A DNA stretch of 49,983 bases from a virus (Duplodnaviria > Caudoviricetes). The DNA lies in the IMG/VR virus record IMGVR_UViG_3300025769_000189, positions 1-49,983 of that record; one strand, written 5' to 3'. The position numbers and the translations under genes were made by a program. Position 1 is the first letter of the stretch. The number at the start of each line of letters is the position of its first letter. Shown here piece by piece: positions 1-7,575 of this stretch. The notes beneath the pieces were generated by a model, which was given only the letters and a program-made list of their open reading frames with translations, had not been told where the DNA came from and did not search any database.

Positions 1-435
1 TGTACTGCCTTCTGGTATCATGTTTGGATTTGATTTCCATTTCTCAAGAGCTTCACTTCCGATAGCACCCATATATGGTGGTGGAGTGCCTGCCATAACT
101 AAACTGTCAAAAACACGTGGATCTGTCGCTAACAATGAAATTGAGGCAACTTTAAGGCCGCTTGCATATAATTGGCGGGAAAGCTTCAAAAGCTGACACA
201 GCTCATCGTCCACAACTACGCCTGTAGCGAGACCAAGTATGTTGGTTTGAATTGCACCTGACGTTGCTACCTTACAAATGTCAGAATTGTTTACAACAAC
301 ACTTGGAGCATTTGCCGTAGGTACAGATTTATCCGTAACCACGGTGCTAGACACAGTATTTGTGTCTGCACCGTTCGCACTAGTTATTGCACTAACAACT
401 AATATAAAAGTTAAAACTACAAAAAGTGTTTTCAC
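1..435 (-). CDS. Signal-peptide-bearing conserved marine phage protein, truncated by the window edge (not in ORF track)
   Basis: Manual translation from GTG at 435 (TAGTG overlap with the upstream stop): MKTLFVVLTFILVVSAITSANGADTNTVSS...NSDICKV...AIQTNILG...LCQLLKLSRQLY..GLKVA...DPRVFDSLVMAGTPPPY; open to base 1. Confidence 0.8.
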   Translation of the reverse strand, partial: MKTLFVVLTFILVVSAITSANGADTNTVSSTVVTDKSVPTANAPSVVVNNSDICKVATSGAIQTNILGLATGVVVDDELCQLLKLSRQLYASGLKVASISLLATDPRVFDSLVMAGTPPPYMGAIGSEALEKWKSNPNMIPEGST

Positions 436-878
436 TAATAAGTTGTATAAATTTTTAACAATTCTAAAACTATAGTAGCTGTATCATCATTTGTTACTGA
501 AAGAAATTTAATATCTAATCCTCCAGTTGCTCCACCTGTTCCAGGTGTTAAAGGATTTGTTAATCCTCCAATAGCACTAAAATCTTTTGAATCAGCATAA
601 TTACAAGTTATAGCTTGTGAATTAGAAGTTGCTTTCCATTCCACTAAAAGTGGTTTGGTAACAGCAGTGTTATTAACACTCCACCATAATTTATTAATAG
701 TAAGGTTGGTACAAACATCACCACTGTTAGCAGTGGCTCCTGTAGCAAATCCTTTAGAATTATTCAAATTAGCCGGCACAATTGTAAAAGTTTCAGCTGT
801 AGTAGCAGCTATCTTAAAATTTATTGTGAAAATAGCTTTTCTAGTTCCGTCAAATTGTTTTGTGACTACTTGCGTCAT
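435..878 (-). CDS. Hypothetical virion protein (beta-rich)
   Basis: 147-aa ORF with AGGAG RBS, in the head operon downstream of the capsid gene. Confidence 0.7.
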   Translation of the reverse strand: MTQVVTKQFDGTRKAIFTINFKIAATTAETFTIVPANLNNSKGFATGATANSGDVCTNLTINKLWWSVNNTAVTKPLLVEWKATSNSQAITCNYADSKDFSAIGGLTNPLTPGTGGATGGLDIKFLSVTNDDTATIVLELLKIYTTY

Positions 879-894
879 ATTTTTCTCCTGTTAA

Positions 895-918
895 GGGTGA
901 GGTCATTACACCTCACCC
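895..918 (-). other. Intergenic stem-loop
   Basis: GGGTGAGGT/ACCTCACCC 9-bp inverted repeat; no long U-tract. Confidence 0.55.
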
Positions 919-927
919 AGAGTTTAT

Positions 928-1362
928 TTATGCTAAGTTATTGTTTTGAACATAAAGTATAGTTACTGTAGCAACACCTGTTGTGCCATTACCAGTGCCT
1001 GCTGTGTAAGTTGCAGTCACACTCACATCACTTGTACCAACATCATTAGCCGCTGAAGTTGTACCTCCAGTGTGTGTTACACCTAATGCTTTAACGTTTG
1101 TGTCTGACATAAAAGCGTTTGGATCGGCTACTGTGCCGATTTGCACTACGCCAGTACCACCGTCATTAGATACAGTTGTAACATTCAAAATAGCATCTAC
1201 TATTTGTGAATTTGCCGGTATGATACCAATTGTTGTTGTATTTGTAGCACCAATAATATCAATTACTGCTGATTGAGACATTAATACAAACCCTGTATTA
1301 ACACTTGCTCCTTCTCTTACAGTTCCAGCTTTTACTGGTCCCGAAAATGTAGTTGTACCCAT
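928..1362 (-). CDS. Putative capsid decoration/minor head protein
   Basis: MGTTTFSGPVKAG N-terminus, Thr/Gly-rich, AAGGAGG RBS, directly after the major capsid gene. Confidence 0.65.
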   Translation of the reverse strand: MGTTTFSGPVKAGTVREGASVNTGFVLMSQSAVIDIIGATNTTTIGIIPANSQIVDAILNVTTVSNDGGTGVVQIGTVADPNAFMSDTNVKALGVTHTGGTTSAANDVGTSDVSVTATYTAGTGNGTTGVATVTILYVQNNNLA

Positions 1363-1416
1363 GTCAACCTCCTTATAGTTGTCTTGTTAAGTCTTGAGTA
1401 TATTGTATTTTAAAAC

Positions 1417-1445
1417 AAAAAAGGCGCTCTTACAAGCGCCTTTTT
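1417..1445 (-). terminator. Rho-independent terminator after major capsid gene
   Basis: AAAAAAGGCGCT-loop-AGCGCCTTTTT with A/T runs on both sides. Confidence 0.85.
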
Positions 1446-1469
1446 CACCTAAGAAAGATTAGTTAAATT

Positions 1470-2384
1470 TTAAGAACCTTGAGATGCATAAACACATCTA
1501 GGATCAGAGAAACCAAAGCTATATCTTTCACGAGCTTTGTATCTCATATTTCCAGTGTCAAAATCACCTTCCATAGCAGTTGTAATTGGTGTTCTTACAA
1601 AATGCTTGAAGCCGTTTGGACAATCGGTTTTAATAAAGAATGCATCAGTATCAGTTAAATAATGATTTACACTGTATCCTTGAGGAATATATCCTGATTG
1701 ATTGAATACGTTGATATCATTATCAGCTGTACCTACTCTACCACTTGAATTCATTAATCTATCAGCTACAAATTGTAAAGCTGAAGGAATAATCATTTTC
1801 ATTGGTTTCAATGCAATTTTCAAACCTCTTTCATCAATAAAAGCGGCAACATCAATAACTGCTTGTTCAAGAGAAGTCTCGTTCAAGTCAGCATCTGTAG
1901 CACTTCTATTAGAGAAGTTTCCACCTGTTAAAGTTGGGTGAGCAGTAGAAGCTAAAGAAACTCCGTCTCCACCAAAATCAGCAGCGTTTGCAGAAAATGC
2001 ATTGTTAAGAATATTAGCACCCTTAACTTGTTTAGTATTAGCCATCGAACGAGCTAGAGCTTTTGTATATCTAGCACTGACTCTGTCGTAAAGGTTATCC
2101 TCTACAGCTTCTTCAGTGATAGCAAAAGCAAGAGCAATAGTTTCGTTAGTGTATCTCGCAGTGAAAGATTCTTGTGCAGTATCATAATTGATTGCCGCAC
2201 CTTCGTTTTTCACAGGAGCACCAGCGAACCCACCTAACATTACTTCTTCTTCAAAAGCTCTGTCTGAACTTTCTTGGTCGAAGATTTCTGCTGCTTCGTT
2301 CTCATAGCGTTTGTATTCTAAGCCAAAGAGAGCATTTAAACCCGGCTCTAATTCTTTGGCTAACTGGGATCTAGAAATAGCCAT
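1470..2384 (-). CDS. Major capsid protein (Mu gpT-like, HK97 fold)
   Basis: MAISRSQLAKELEPGLNALFG...GDFDTGNMRYKARERYSFGFSDPR, a recognisable signature of this aquatic phage MCP family; 304 aa. Confidence 0.92.
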   Translation of the reverse strand: MAISRSQLAKELEPGLNALFGLEYKRYENEAAEIFDQESSDRAFEEEVMLGGFAGAPVKNEGAAINYDTAQESFTARYTNETIALAFAITEEAVEDNLYDRVSARYTKALARSMANTKQVKGANILNNAFSANAADFGGDGVSLASTAHPTLTGGNFSNRSATDADLNETSLEQAVIDVAAFIDERGLKIALKPMKMIIPSALQFVADRLMNSSGRVGTADNDINVFNQSGYIPQGYSVNHYLTDTDAFFIKTDCPNGFKHFVRTPITTAMEGDFDTGNMRYKARERYSFGFSDPRCVYASQGS

Positions 2385-2387
2385 ATA

Positions 2388-2972
2388 TTATATCCCCGCT
2401 AAGTTAGTGTAAGCATGATCGTTAATTCTAACAACCAAGTCTACGTTTGTTTCACCAGCAGTATTGTTAGGAGCTTGAACTATTCCTATAACTCTTAACT
2501 GCTCATCAGCAGCTCCAAGTCCAGAAAAGTCAAGTTCCATAGAACTCATACCGTTAGTCGTGTTACCATTTGCGTTACCTACCATAGGTGCATTGGCTCC
2601 TACCGATGTTTGATCGGCAGCACCGTCCGCTTGAACGATGAATAGTTGATCTGGATCATCATAAACTTTAATTTCCGCAGCTACTGTACCTTGTGTTACA
2701 GTTCCCGCTGGCCAATAGTTCTTCCAAATTGGTTTCCCTGTTGAATCAGTGTAGTTTACACCACCACAAACTCCTACAATTTTTGCAGAGTTTGATTTAG
2801 CGTCTACTGCTATTTCAATAGTTCCATCAGCTTTTAGTTGAACGGCTGTACCATTAAAGATGTTTGATGCGTAACCAGAAGCAACTTTATAAGTAGAGAA
2901 ACCAGCTGTTTCATACTTGTTACCAAGCATTTTAACAGGAACTAGTCCTCTAGGCGCATCTACATTTGCCAT
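2388..2972 (-). CDS. Capsid stabilising/cement protein
   Basis: MANVDAPRGLVPV...VYDDP..LF.VQAD; immediately upstream of the MCP gene. Confidence 0.7.
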   Translation of the reverse strand: MANVDAPRGLVPVKMLGNKYETAGFSTYKVASGYASNIFNGTAVQLKADGTIEIAVDAKSNSAKIVGVCGGVNYTDSTGKPIWKNYWPAGTVTQGTVAAEIKVYDDPDQLFIVQADGAADQTSVGANAPMVGNANGNTTNGMSSMELDFSGLGAADEQLRVIGIVQAPNNTAGETNVDLVVRINDHAYTNLAGI

Positions 2973-3018
2973 AATTTACTCCTTTTCTAGAAGCATCACA
3001 ATCCCGACCAATTCAGAA

Positions 3019-3486
3019 TTACTGATTGCCTCCAAATGTTACTTTTGAGCTCCTATTACTTGACATAGGCATGCTCGGGTGCTCGTCTTTTAGAACCTCA
3101 TTGTCTATAGCTTCTTGTACTTCTTTAGACTTTTTCTGGAAATATTCATTTCTAGATTTAGCCATTTCAAGAGGAATTTTAGCTAATAGCAAACCTCCAA
3201 CTCCTATGGTGCCCTTGTACTTACCTTCTGACATAGCAGGATATTTCATTTTATCTTCTGCTGAAAGTTCATCTTCTCGAACCAGTTCATACCCTTCTCT
3301 CAATCTTGATGTAATATTTTTATCATCAGGTTGACCTTGAAGAGACTCCCTAATCCAACGATATTTGAACCCTTCCGGTGGTGCAGGTGCATCTAGTTGT
3401 CTCGGTGGGGACCAGACCGTTTTACGAGCTTGTAAGTCCCTAGTTTCAGCGTGTCGAGTAGTTTTTTTTAGTTTTACGTTATCCAT
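3019..3486 (-). CDS. Conserved head-module protein
   Basis: W.PP..LDAP.PPEG..YRWIR...N....LREGYELV...GGLLLAKIP motif; lies between scaffold and capsid genes. Confidence 0.75.
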   Translation of the reverse strand: MDNVKLKKTTRHAETRDLQARKTVWSPPRQLDAPAPPEGFKYRWIRESLQGQPDDKNITSRLREGYELVREDELSAEDKMKYPAMSEGKYKGTIGVGGLLLAKIPLEMAKSRNEYFQKKSKEVQEAIDNEVLKDEHPSMPMSSNRSSKVTFGGNQ

Positions 3487-3489
3487 ATT

Positions 3490-4431
3490 TTACTCCTTCA
3501 CGAATTTTGCGTATTCATCTAATGGCACACCTAGCTTTTTAGCTATGGCTACTTGTGATGGTGTGAGTTTCACAGTACGGCGCCCAGTTTTACCTCCAGT
3601 TCGAGCATTTGTAGTGCCAGCAACAGTCTGAGCGACTCTATTACTAACTGCACTCGATCTGGAATTCGTTGTTCCTACTTTATCAGGAAAATAGGTTGAA
3701 AGTCTATTATTAATTTCAGTGTAGTATTCATCTGATTCAGGATTAACTCCTTCATTTACTAAATTAGTATGAATGCCCCATGTAGCAAATGTCATTACTT
3801 CATCTTTACCATCTCCTTGACCGAACCATGGATTGTCTTTAGCCCATGCTTGAGCTTTTGCACTTGGTTGAGATCTTGGTTGAGTAGGAGGTTTAACCTG
3901 CTGTGTAAACTCAGTTGGAGCTTGTTCAGGAACCTTTGTTTCAGATTCAGTAGACTTTGCTTTATTTTTTAAAGCTAATACTCTTTGTTTTTGAACAGAA
4001 TTATCAGATAAAGCTGCTTGTATTTCTGCAACTTTTTCAAAATCTTGATTTTGATGAGCTGATGCTAAATCTCTTTTAAGATTTACTTCTGTAACATCTA
4101 CTTTTTGAGCAACTTCTTCAATATAGCTATCGTCTAATGAACTTACTTTTTTTTCTAATTCATCATTTCTTTTTTTAGCGTTTTCTGCAAATTGTAAAGC
4201 GGCTTCTTTTTGACGTTCTTCTTCACGCCATTTTTTTGTTAAATCATTTATTCTTTTTTTAACTCCAGAAGAATATTCTTCATGTTCAGAATTTTCTTGT
4301 GTATTTGTTTCTACAGGAGTTTCTTGTGTTGCTTCATCAACAACGTCTTTTAATTCTATATCTATTGATTCTCCTGTATCTTCAATAGGTATTGTTTTTT
4401 CTTCACTTAGTGCTGGTTGTGCTTCTGGCAT
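3490..4431 (-). CDS. Capsid scaffolding protein
   Basis: Acidic coiled coil, YS.GVKKRI..LT, W...NPWFG, C-terminal VKLTPSQVAIAKKLGVPLDEYAK. Confidence 0.8.
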   Translation of the reverse strand: MPEAQPALSEEKTIPIEDTGESIDIELKDVVDEATQETPVETNTQENSEHEEYSSGVKKRINDLTKKWREEERQKEAALQFAENAKKRNDELEKKVSSLDDSYIEEVAQKVDVTEVNLKRDLASAHQNQDFEKVAEIQAALSDNSVQKQRVLALKNKAKSTESETKVPEQAPTEFTQQVKPPTQPRSQPSAKAQAWAKDNPWFGQGDGKDEVMTFATWGIHTNLVNEGVNPESDEYYTEINNRLSTYFPDKVGTTNSRSSAVSNRVAQTVAGTTNARTGGKTGRRTVKLTPSQVAIAKKLGVPLDEYAKFVKE

Positions 4432-4446
4432 GACTATCTCCTCATG

Positions 4447-4878
4447 TTAGTTTGTTAGCGGTGATAAAACGTATTCAGGATCTTTAACAACTGCCATAAC
4501 TTCGTCGTCATTAAGTAATCTGAGTTCTCCACCGTCGATTTTAATTCTTGCTCCGGCATATCTACCGAAGAGTATCCAATCTTTCTCTTTACACCAAGGA
4601 CCTGTAGGAAACTTTCCATCATCCTTATAGCATAAATCACCCATCTTCATTACCAATCCTACATTGGTTGACCATTGGCTTTCTTCAACAGTTTTATCTG
4701 TTAAAATAATTCCACCTTTACTTTTATCTTTTAATTTAAAAGGCATTACCAATAATCTCCAACCACTGGGATTAGGTAGCTTTGAATGTTCGGGTTTTTT
4801 CTCTTTTTCTTTTATCTCTTTATTTTTTTTCTCTAAGGCAAAAACTTTTGTAGGTATTACATTAGTTTTAGTCATCAT
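4447..4878 (-). CDS. groES: Co-chaperonin GroES/Cpn10 homologue
   Basis: P.GWRLLV.P...SKGGIIL...GLV.KMG...LFGRYAG.RIKIDG.E.RLLNDDEV.AVV. Confidence 0.92.
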   Translation of the reverse strand: MMTKTNVIPTKVFALEKKNKEIKEKEKKPEHSKLPNPSGWRLLVMPFKLKDKSKGGIILTDKTVEESQWSTNVGLVMKMGDLCYKDDGKFPTGPWCKEKDWILFGRYAGARIKIDGGELRLLNDDEVMAVVKDPEYVLSPLTN

Positions 4879-5068
4879 CTAGCTCCTGTTTTTTTAGCAG
4901 GTTCGTGAGTTCCTGATTTATTTTGTTCCAAGCGTGAAGTTGTCCTAACACATACTTATATGTGGTAAGTTCCTTTACATCTCCTGTTATAACTTGAGTT
5001 AGTTGGTCTTGTCTAGTGTTTATTTCTTTTCTTAATCTTTCAACTAAGACAATTACTTGATCAGGCAA
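4868..5068 (-). CDS. Hypothetical protein (coiled coil)
   Basis: 66-aa ORF overlapping its neighbours; YKY..GQ motif; upstream of groES. Confidence 0.7.
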   Translation of the reverse strand: MPDQVIVLVERLRKEINTRQDQLTQVITGDVKELTTYKYVLGQLHAWNKINQELTNLLKKQELDDD

Positions 5069-5243
5069 TTTGACTCCTTTTGTATTTTTTCATAACGGTA
5101 TTGTTACTCAATCCTCCATTTTTAAATCGAGGAAAATTATCAGAAACAGGAATAGGTTTAATTTTTCCTGGTTTAATCTTTAATCCTTTAGGATCAGGGC
5201 CTCTTAGTGGAGGAGGACCAAATCTTTTCCCTGGTAATTTCAT
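5061..5243 (-). CDS. Small basic Pro-rich protein
   Basis: GKRFGPPPLRGPDP and FKNGG; ATGA coupling to the lysozyme gene. Confidence 0.65.
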   Translation of the reverse strand: MKLPGKRFGPPPLRGPDPKGLKIKPGKIKPIPVSDNFPRFKNGGLSNNTVMKKYKRSQIA

Positions 5244-5677
5244 ATTTCAACTGTAGCCATTAAATCACTTAAGGCTTTTGCTCTATTAGGGGTTTGTTTA
5301 TTCCAACGACTGTCAAGCATCTCAATGCTTGCATTTTTAAATTGTTTCATTTTAACAAAGTCAAAAGTTTTTTTAAATTTAGAGACCCCTCCAGGGCCAA
5401 GTTGAAATATCATTTCGGTATATATATCTTTTAATAATTCAGGTGGATCATAACTTAAATCACACATAAACATGTTTTCGCACAATAGTTGTGCATGTTC
5501 TAAATCTTGGTGAAATAGTTTTTCTAATTCTTCTCTAGAATATTCTACTCCTTCTTCAAAATGATCATGCTCAGTTACCTTATGGCCAAAACCAATAGTA
5601 GCAAACCCGAGAGTATCTTTATAAATAGTATTAACGAAACCTTCGTGTTCCATTACTCTTTCAGCTAGTGTACTCAT
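5240..5677 (-). CDS. Endolysin, GH24/T4-like lysozyme
   Basis: HEG....YKDTLG..TIGFGH with E-x8-D-x5-T triad; MLDSRW.KQTPNRA. Confidence 0.92.
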   Translation of the reverse strand: MSTLAERVMEHEGFVNTIYKDTLGFATIGFGHKVTEHDHFEEGVEYSREELEKLFHQDLEHAQLLCENMFMCDLSYDPPELLKDIYTEMIFQLGPGGVSKFKKTFDFVKMKQFKNASIEMLDSRWNKQTPNRAKALSDLMATVEI

Positions 5678-5678
5678 A

Positions 5679-5957
5679 TTAACAATTCCATTTCCTTAGT
5701 GATTTATTAATCCTAGAATTAGGATCTTTTGCTGTTTTAGAACTAGTTCTTCTTTTTTTCATACCTTCCATCCTTGCACAGAATGACTTACGTCTCTTAG
5801 CAGCTTTTGAACCTTTTTTCAACTTTGATGGTTTTGTTGTAACTGCTGTTTTTAATTTAGAACCAGGATTAGCTTTTCTATAAGAAGCTACACCTTTTTT
5901 ATTTAGTCCTCCTGACTCACTTTTGCCTTCTTTTCGTTGCCAAGCAGGACTAGCCAT
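5679..5957 (-). CDS. Small basic protein (DUF6321-like)
   Basis: AWQRKEGK..SGGLN.KG.ASY...NPGS.LK...RRKSFCARM...SLRKWNC. Confidence 0.8.
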   Translation of the reverse strand: MASPAWQRKEGKSESGGLNKKGVASYRKANPGSKLKTAVTTKPSKLKKGSKAAKRRKSFCARMEGMKKRRTSSKTAKDPNSRINKSLRKWNC

Positions 5958-6162
5958 ATGTAGTTTCTTTTCTTCTATCCTCCATTACCATTCCGCATCC
6001 ATTAGCTACTCCTTTTGGATTTTTAGAACTTTTTCTAACTTGAGATAAATTTTTACCGTCTTTAGCTTGTATTTTATTACCGTGTTTTTTAGCAAAACTT
6101 TTAGCCACTTCAGGCTCATTAGCATATAAATATGCTCGTTGCTTTGCTGACTTAAAAGGCAT
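5950..6162 (-). CDS. Small basic protein
   Basis: MPFKS.KQR.YL.AN.PEVAK N-terminus; translationally coupled to neighbours. Confidence 0.75.
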   Translation of the reverse strand: MPFKSAKQRAYLYANEPEVAKSFAKKHGNKIQAKDGKNLSQVRKSSKNPKGVANGCGMVMEDRRKETTYG

Positions 6163-6410
6163 TATGGTGTTTTAGCTGTTTTTGCTGCTCTTGTAAAATT
6201 TGCTGATGTAGGGGCACCTTTAGCTCCAGGTTTTCTCATTGATTCTCCTGAACCTGCTTTTATTCTTGCTCTTTTAGCATGAATGTTTGCGTATAAACCA
6301 TCTTTAGCTTTTATAACTTTACCATTTTTAAAACCTATTTTTTTAGCCACTTCAGGATTACTTTTTTTTAAAGCTTTCATTCCTGCGTTCATTTTTTTCT
6401 TTTTTATCAT
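6162..6410 (-). CDS. Small basic protein
   Basis: GLYANIHAKRARIKAGSGE.MRKPG.KGAPT motif. Confidence 0.75.
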   Translation of the reverse strand: MIKKKKMNAGMKALKKSNPEVAKKIGFKNGKVIKAKDGLYANIHAKRARIKAGSGESMRKPGAKGAPTSANFTRAAKTAKTP

Positions 6411-6411
6411 T

Positions 6412-6810
6412 TTACTTTCCTTTTTTAATTAAACCCATTGCACCTTTTCCAGCCTTAATACCAAAGCTTGCTGAGCAGGCTATGTATAATAAATGTTTAT
6501 AATAATCCGGAAGTGACTGCAATGCGACAAACCCCGCTTCTATATGCTGTGTCATTCCAGGAAAAAATACGAGCGTCGCAGGAGCCAAAAGACAAATTAA
6601 AATTAGCTCATCTTTCCACGAGCCTTTCATTTGGTCAACGGCTGTTGTTTCCCATTTTACTTTTCCAGCAATTTGATCTTGTTTTAATTTAGTAGCCGCT
6701 TTAACTTCTGTTACTTTTAATTCTGCTTTTGCCTTTTTAGTTTCGACGAAGCCACGGACCGTATCCGCAGCAACGCCGAGTAAAGGTTTTGCTAAGAGTT
6801 GCCAGACCAT
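6412..6810 (-). CDS. Putative holin (3TM-holin-like membrane protein)
   Basis: Amphipathic N-terminus, SWKDE followed by hydrophobic segments, L..LP.YY..LL....SASFG; close to the lysozyme gene. Confidence 0.65.
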   Translation of the reverse strand: MVWQLLAKPLLGVAADTVRGFVETKKAKAELKVTEVKAATKLKQDQIAGKVKWETTAVDQMKGSWKDELILICLLAPATLVFFPGMTQHIEAGFVALQSLPDYYKHLLYIACSASFGIKAGKGAMGLIKKGK

Positions 6811-6813
6811 AGT

Positions 6814-6948
6814 CTAGGCAGCTCCACCTGTCATCCAACTGATGACCCAAAGAACTATTATAGCTACGATAGCAGCTTTTATCCAGTCCTTCATTTTCCA
6901 TTCTGACCATTCTTTGACATGGTCCCATAGATCTTTTATTAAATTCAT
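6814..6948 (-). CDS. Small membrane protein, 44 aa (not in ORF track)
   Basis: AAGGAGG RBS; MNLIKDLWDHVKEWSEWKMKDWIKAAIVAIIVLWVISWMTGGAA. Confidence 0.75.
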   Translation of the reverse strand: MNLIKDLWDHVKEWSEWKMKDWIKAAIVAIIVLWVISWMTGGAA

Positions 6949-6961
6949 ATAACCTCCTTAG

Positions 6962-7105
6962 TTAATGAATAGTTAAATCGAAGTCCGCTTCGAATTCAAC
7001 AGTATTTTCTAGCTCATGTTCACAATTATTGCAATCACAACTAGAACAACTGCCTCCGTTGGTATGATGACAAGAATGTCCACAATGTTCGCACAAATTA
7101 TCCAA
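6962..7105 (-). CDS. Cys/His-rich metal-binding peptide, TTG start (not in ORF track)
   Basis: (LDN)LCEHCGHSCHHTNGGSCSSCDCNNCEHELENTVEFEADFDLTIH; fills the intergenic gap exactly. Confidence 0.65.
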   Translation of the reverse strand: MDNLCEHCGHSCHHTNGGSCSSCDCNNCEHELENTVEFEADFDLTIH

Positions 7106-7331
7106 AAAACTTAATACCTTTGGTTGCTGCCCCTACTCCACGCATAGTTTGAGTTGGTTTTTTAACATTTGTATCTGCATCTATACCATCTACTGAAGGT
7201 CCGGGTTTAACTTTAAACTCACCACCATCTCCGTAGCTCATTTTAGGCATTCCACCGCCCATGTAGCCCATTCCGCCCATTTGCATCATGCCACCACCCA
7301 TATACTTCTTTTTTTTCTTATTTTTTTTCAT
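7098..7331 (-). CDS. Small basic Gly/Met-rich protein
   Basis: YMGGG repeats; C-terminal RG.GAA.KG.KF.G. Confidence 0.75.
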   Translation of the reverse strand: MKKNKKKKKYMGGGMMQMGGMGYMGGGMPKMSYGDGGEFKVKPGPSVDGIDADTNVKKPTQTMRGVGAATKGIKFFG

Positions 7332-7338
7332 ATTTTCC

Positions 7339-7575
7339 TTAATGTAACGTTGGTTTTATCAAATTAATTTGAAAAACATCCTGAAGTTGATTTTCAAAAA
7401 CAGTTTCTGCTATTGGTCCCTCTAAAGCATGATCTATATAGATTGCTTTAACAACTGATAACATAGCTGCCGCCATAATTAACTTATCTTCACTTGTTTT
7501 TGCGTATTGCTCTACATGTGATGCAAAATCATTTATGCCTCGACTTAATTTATCATCATTTTCAGAATATGACAT
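7339..7575 (-). CDS. Hypothetical protein
   Basis: 78-aa ORF coupled (TAATG) to the portal stop codon. Confidence 0.7.
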   Translation of the reverse strand: MSYSENDDKLSRGINDFASHVEQYAKTSEDKLIMAAAMLSVVKAIYIDHALEGPIAETVFENQLQDVFQINLIKPTLH

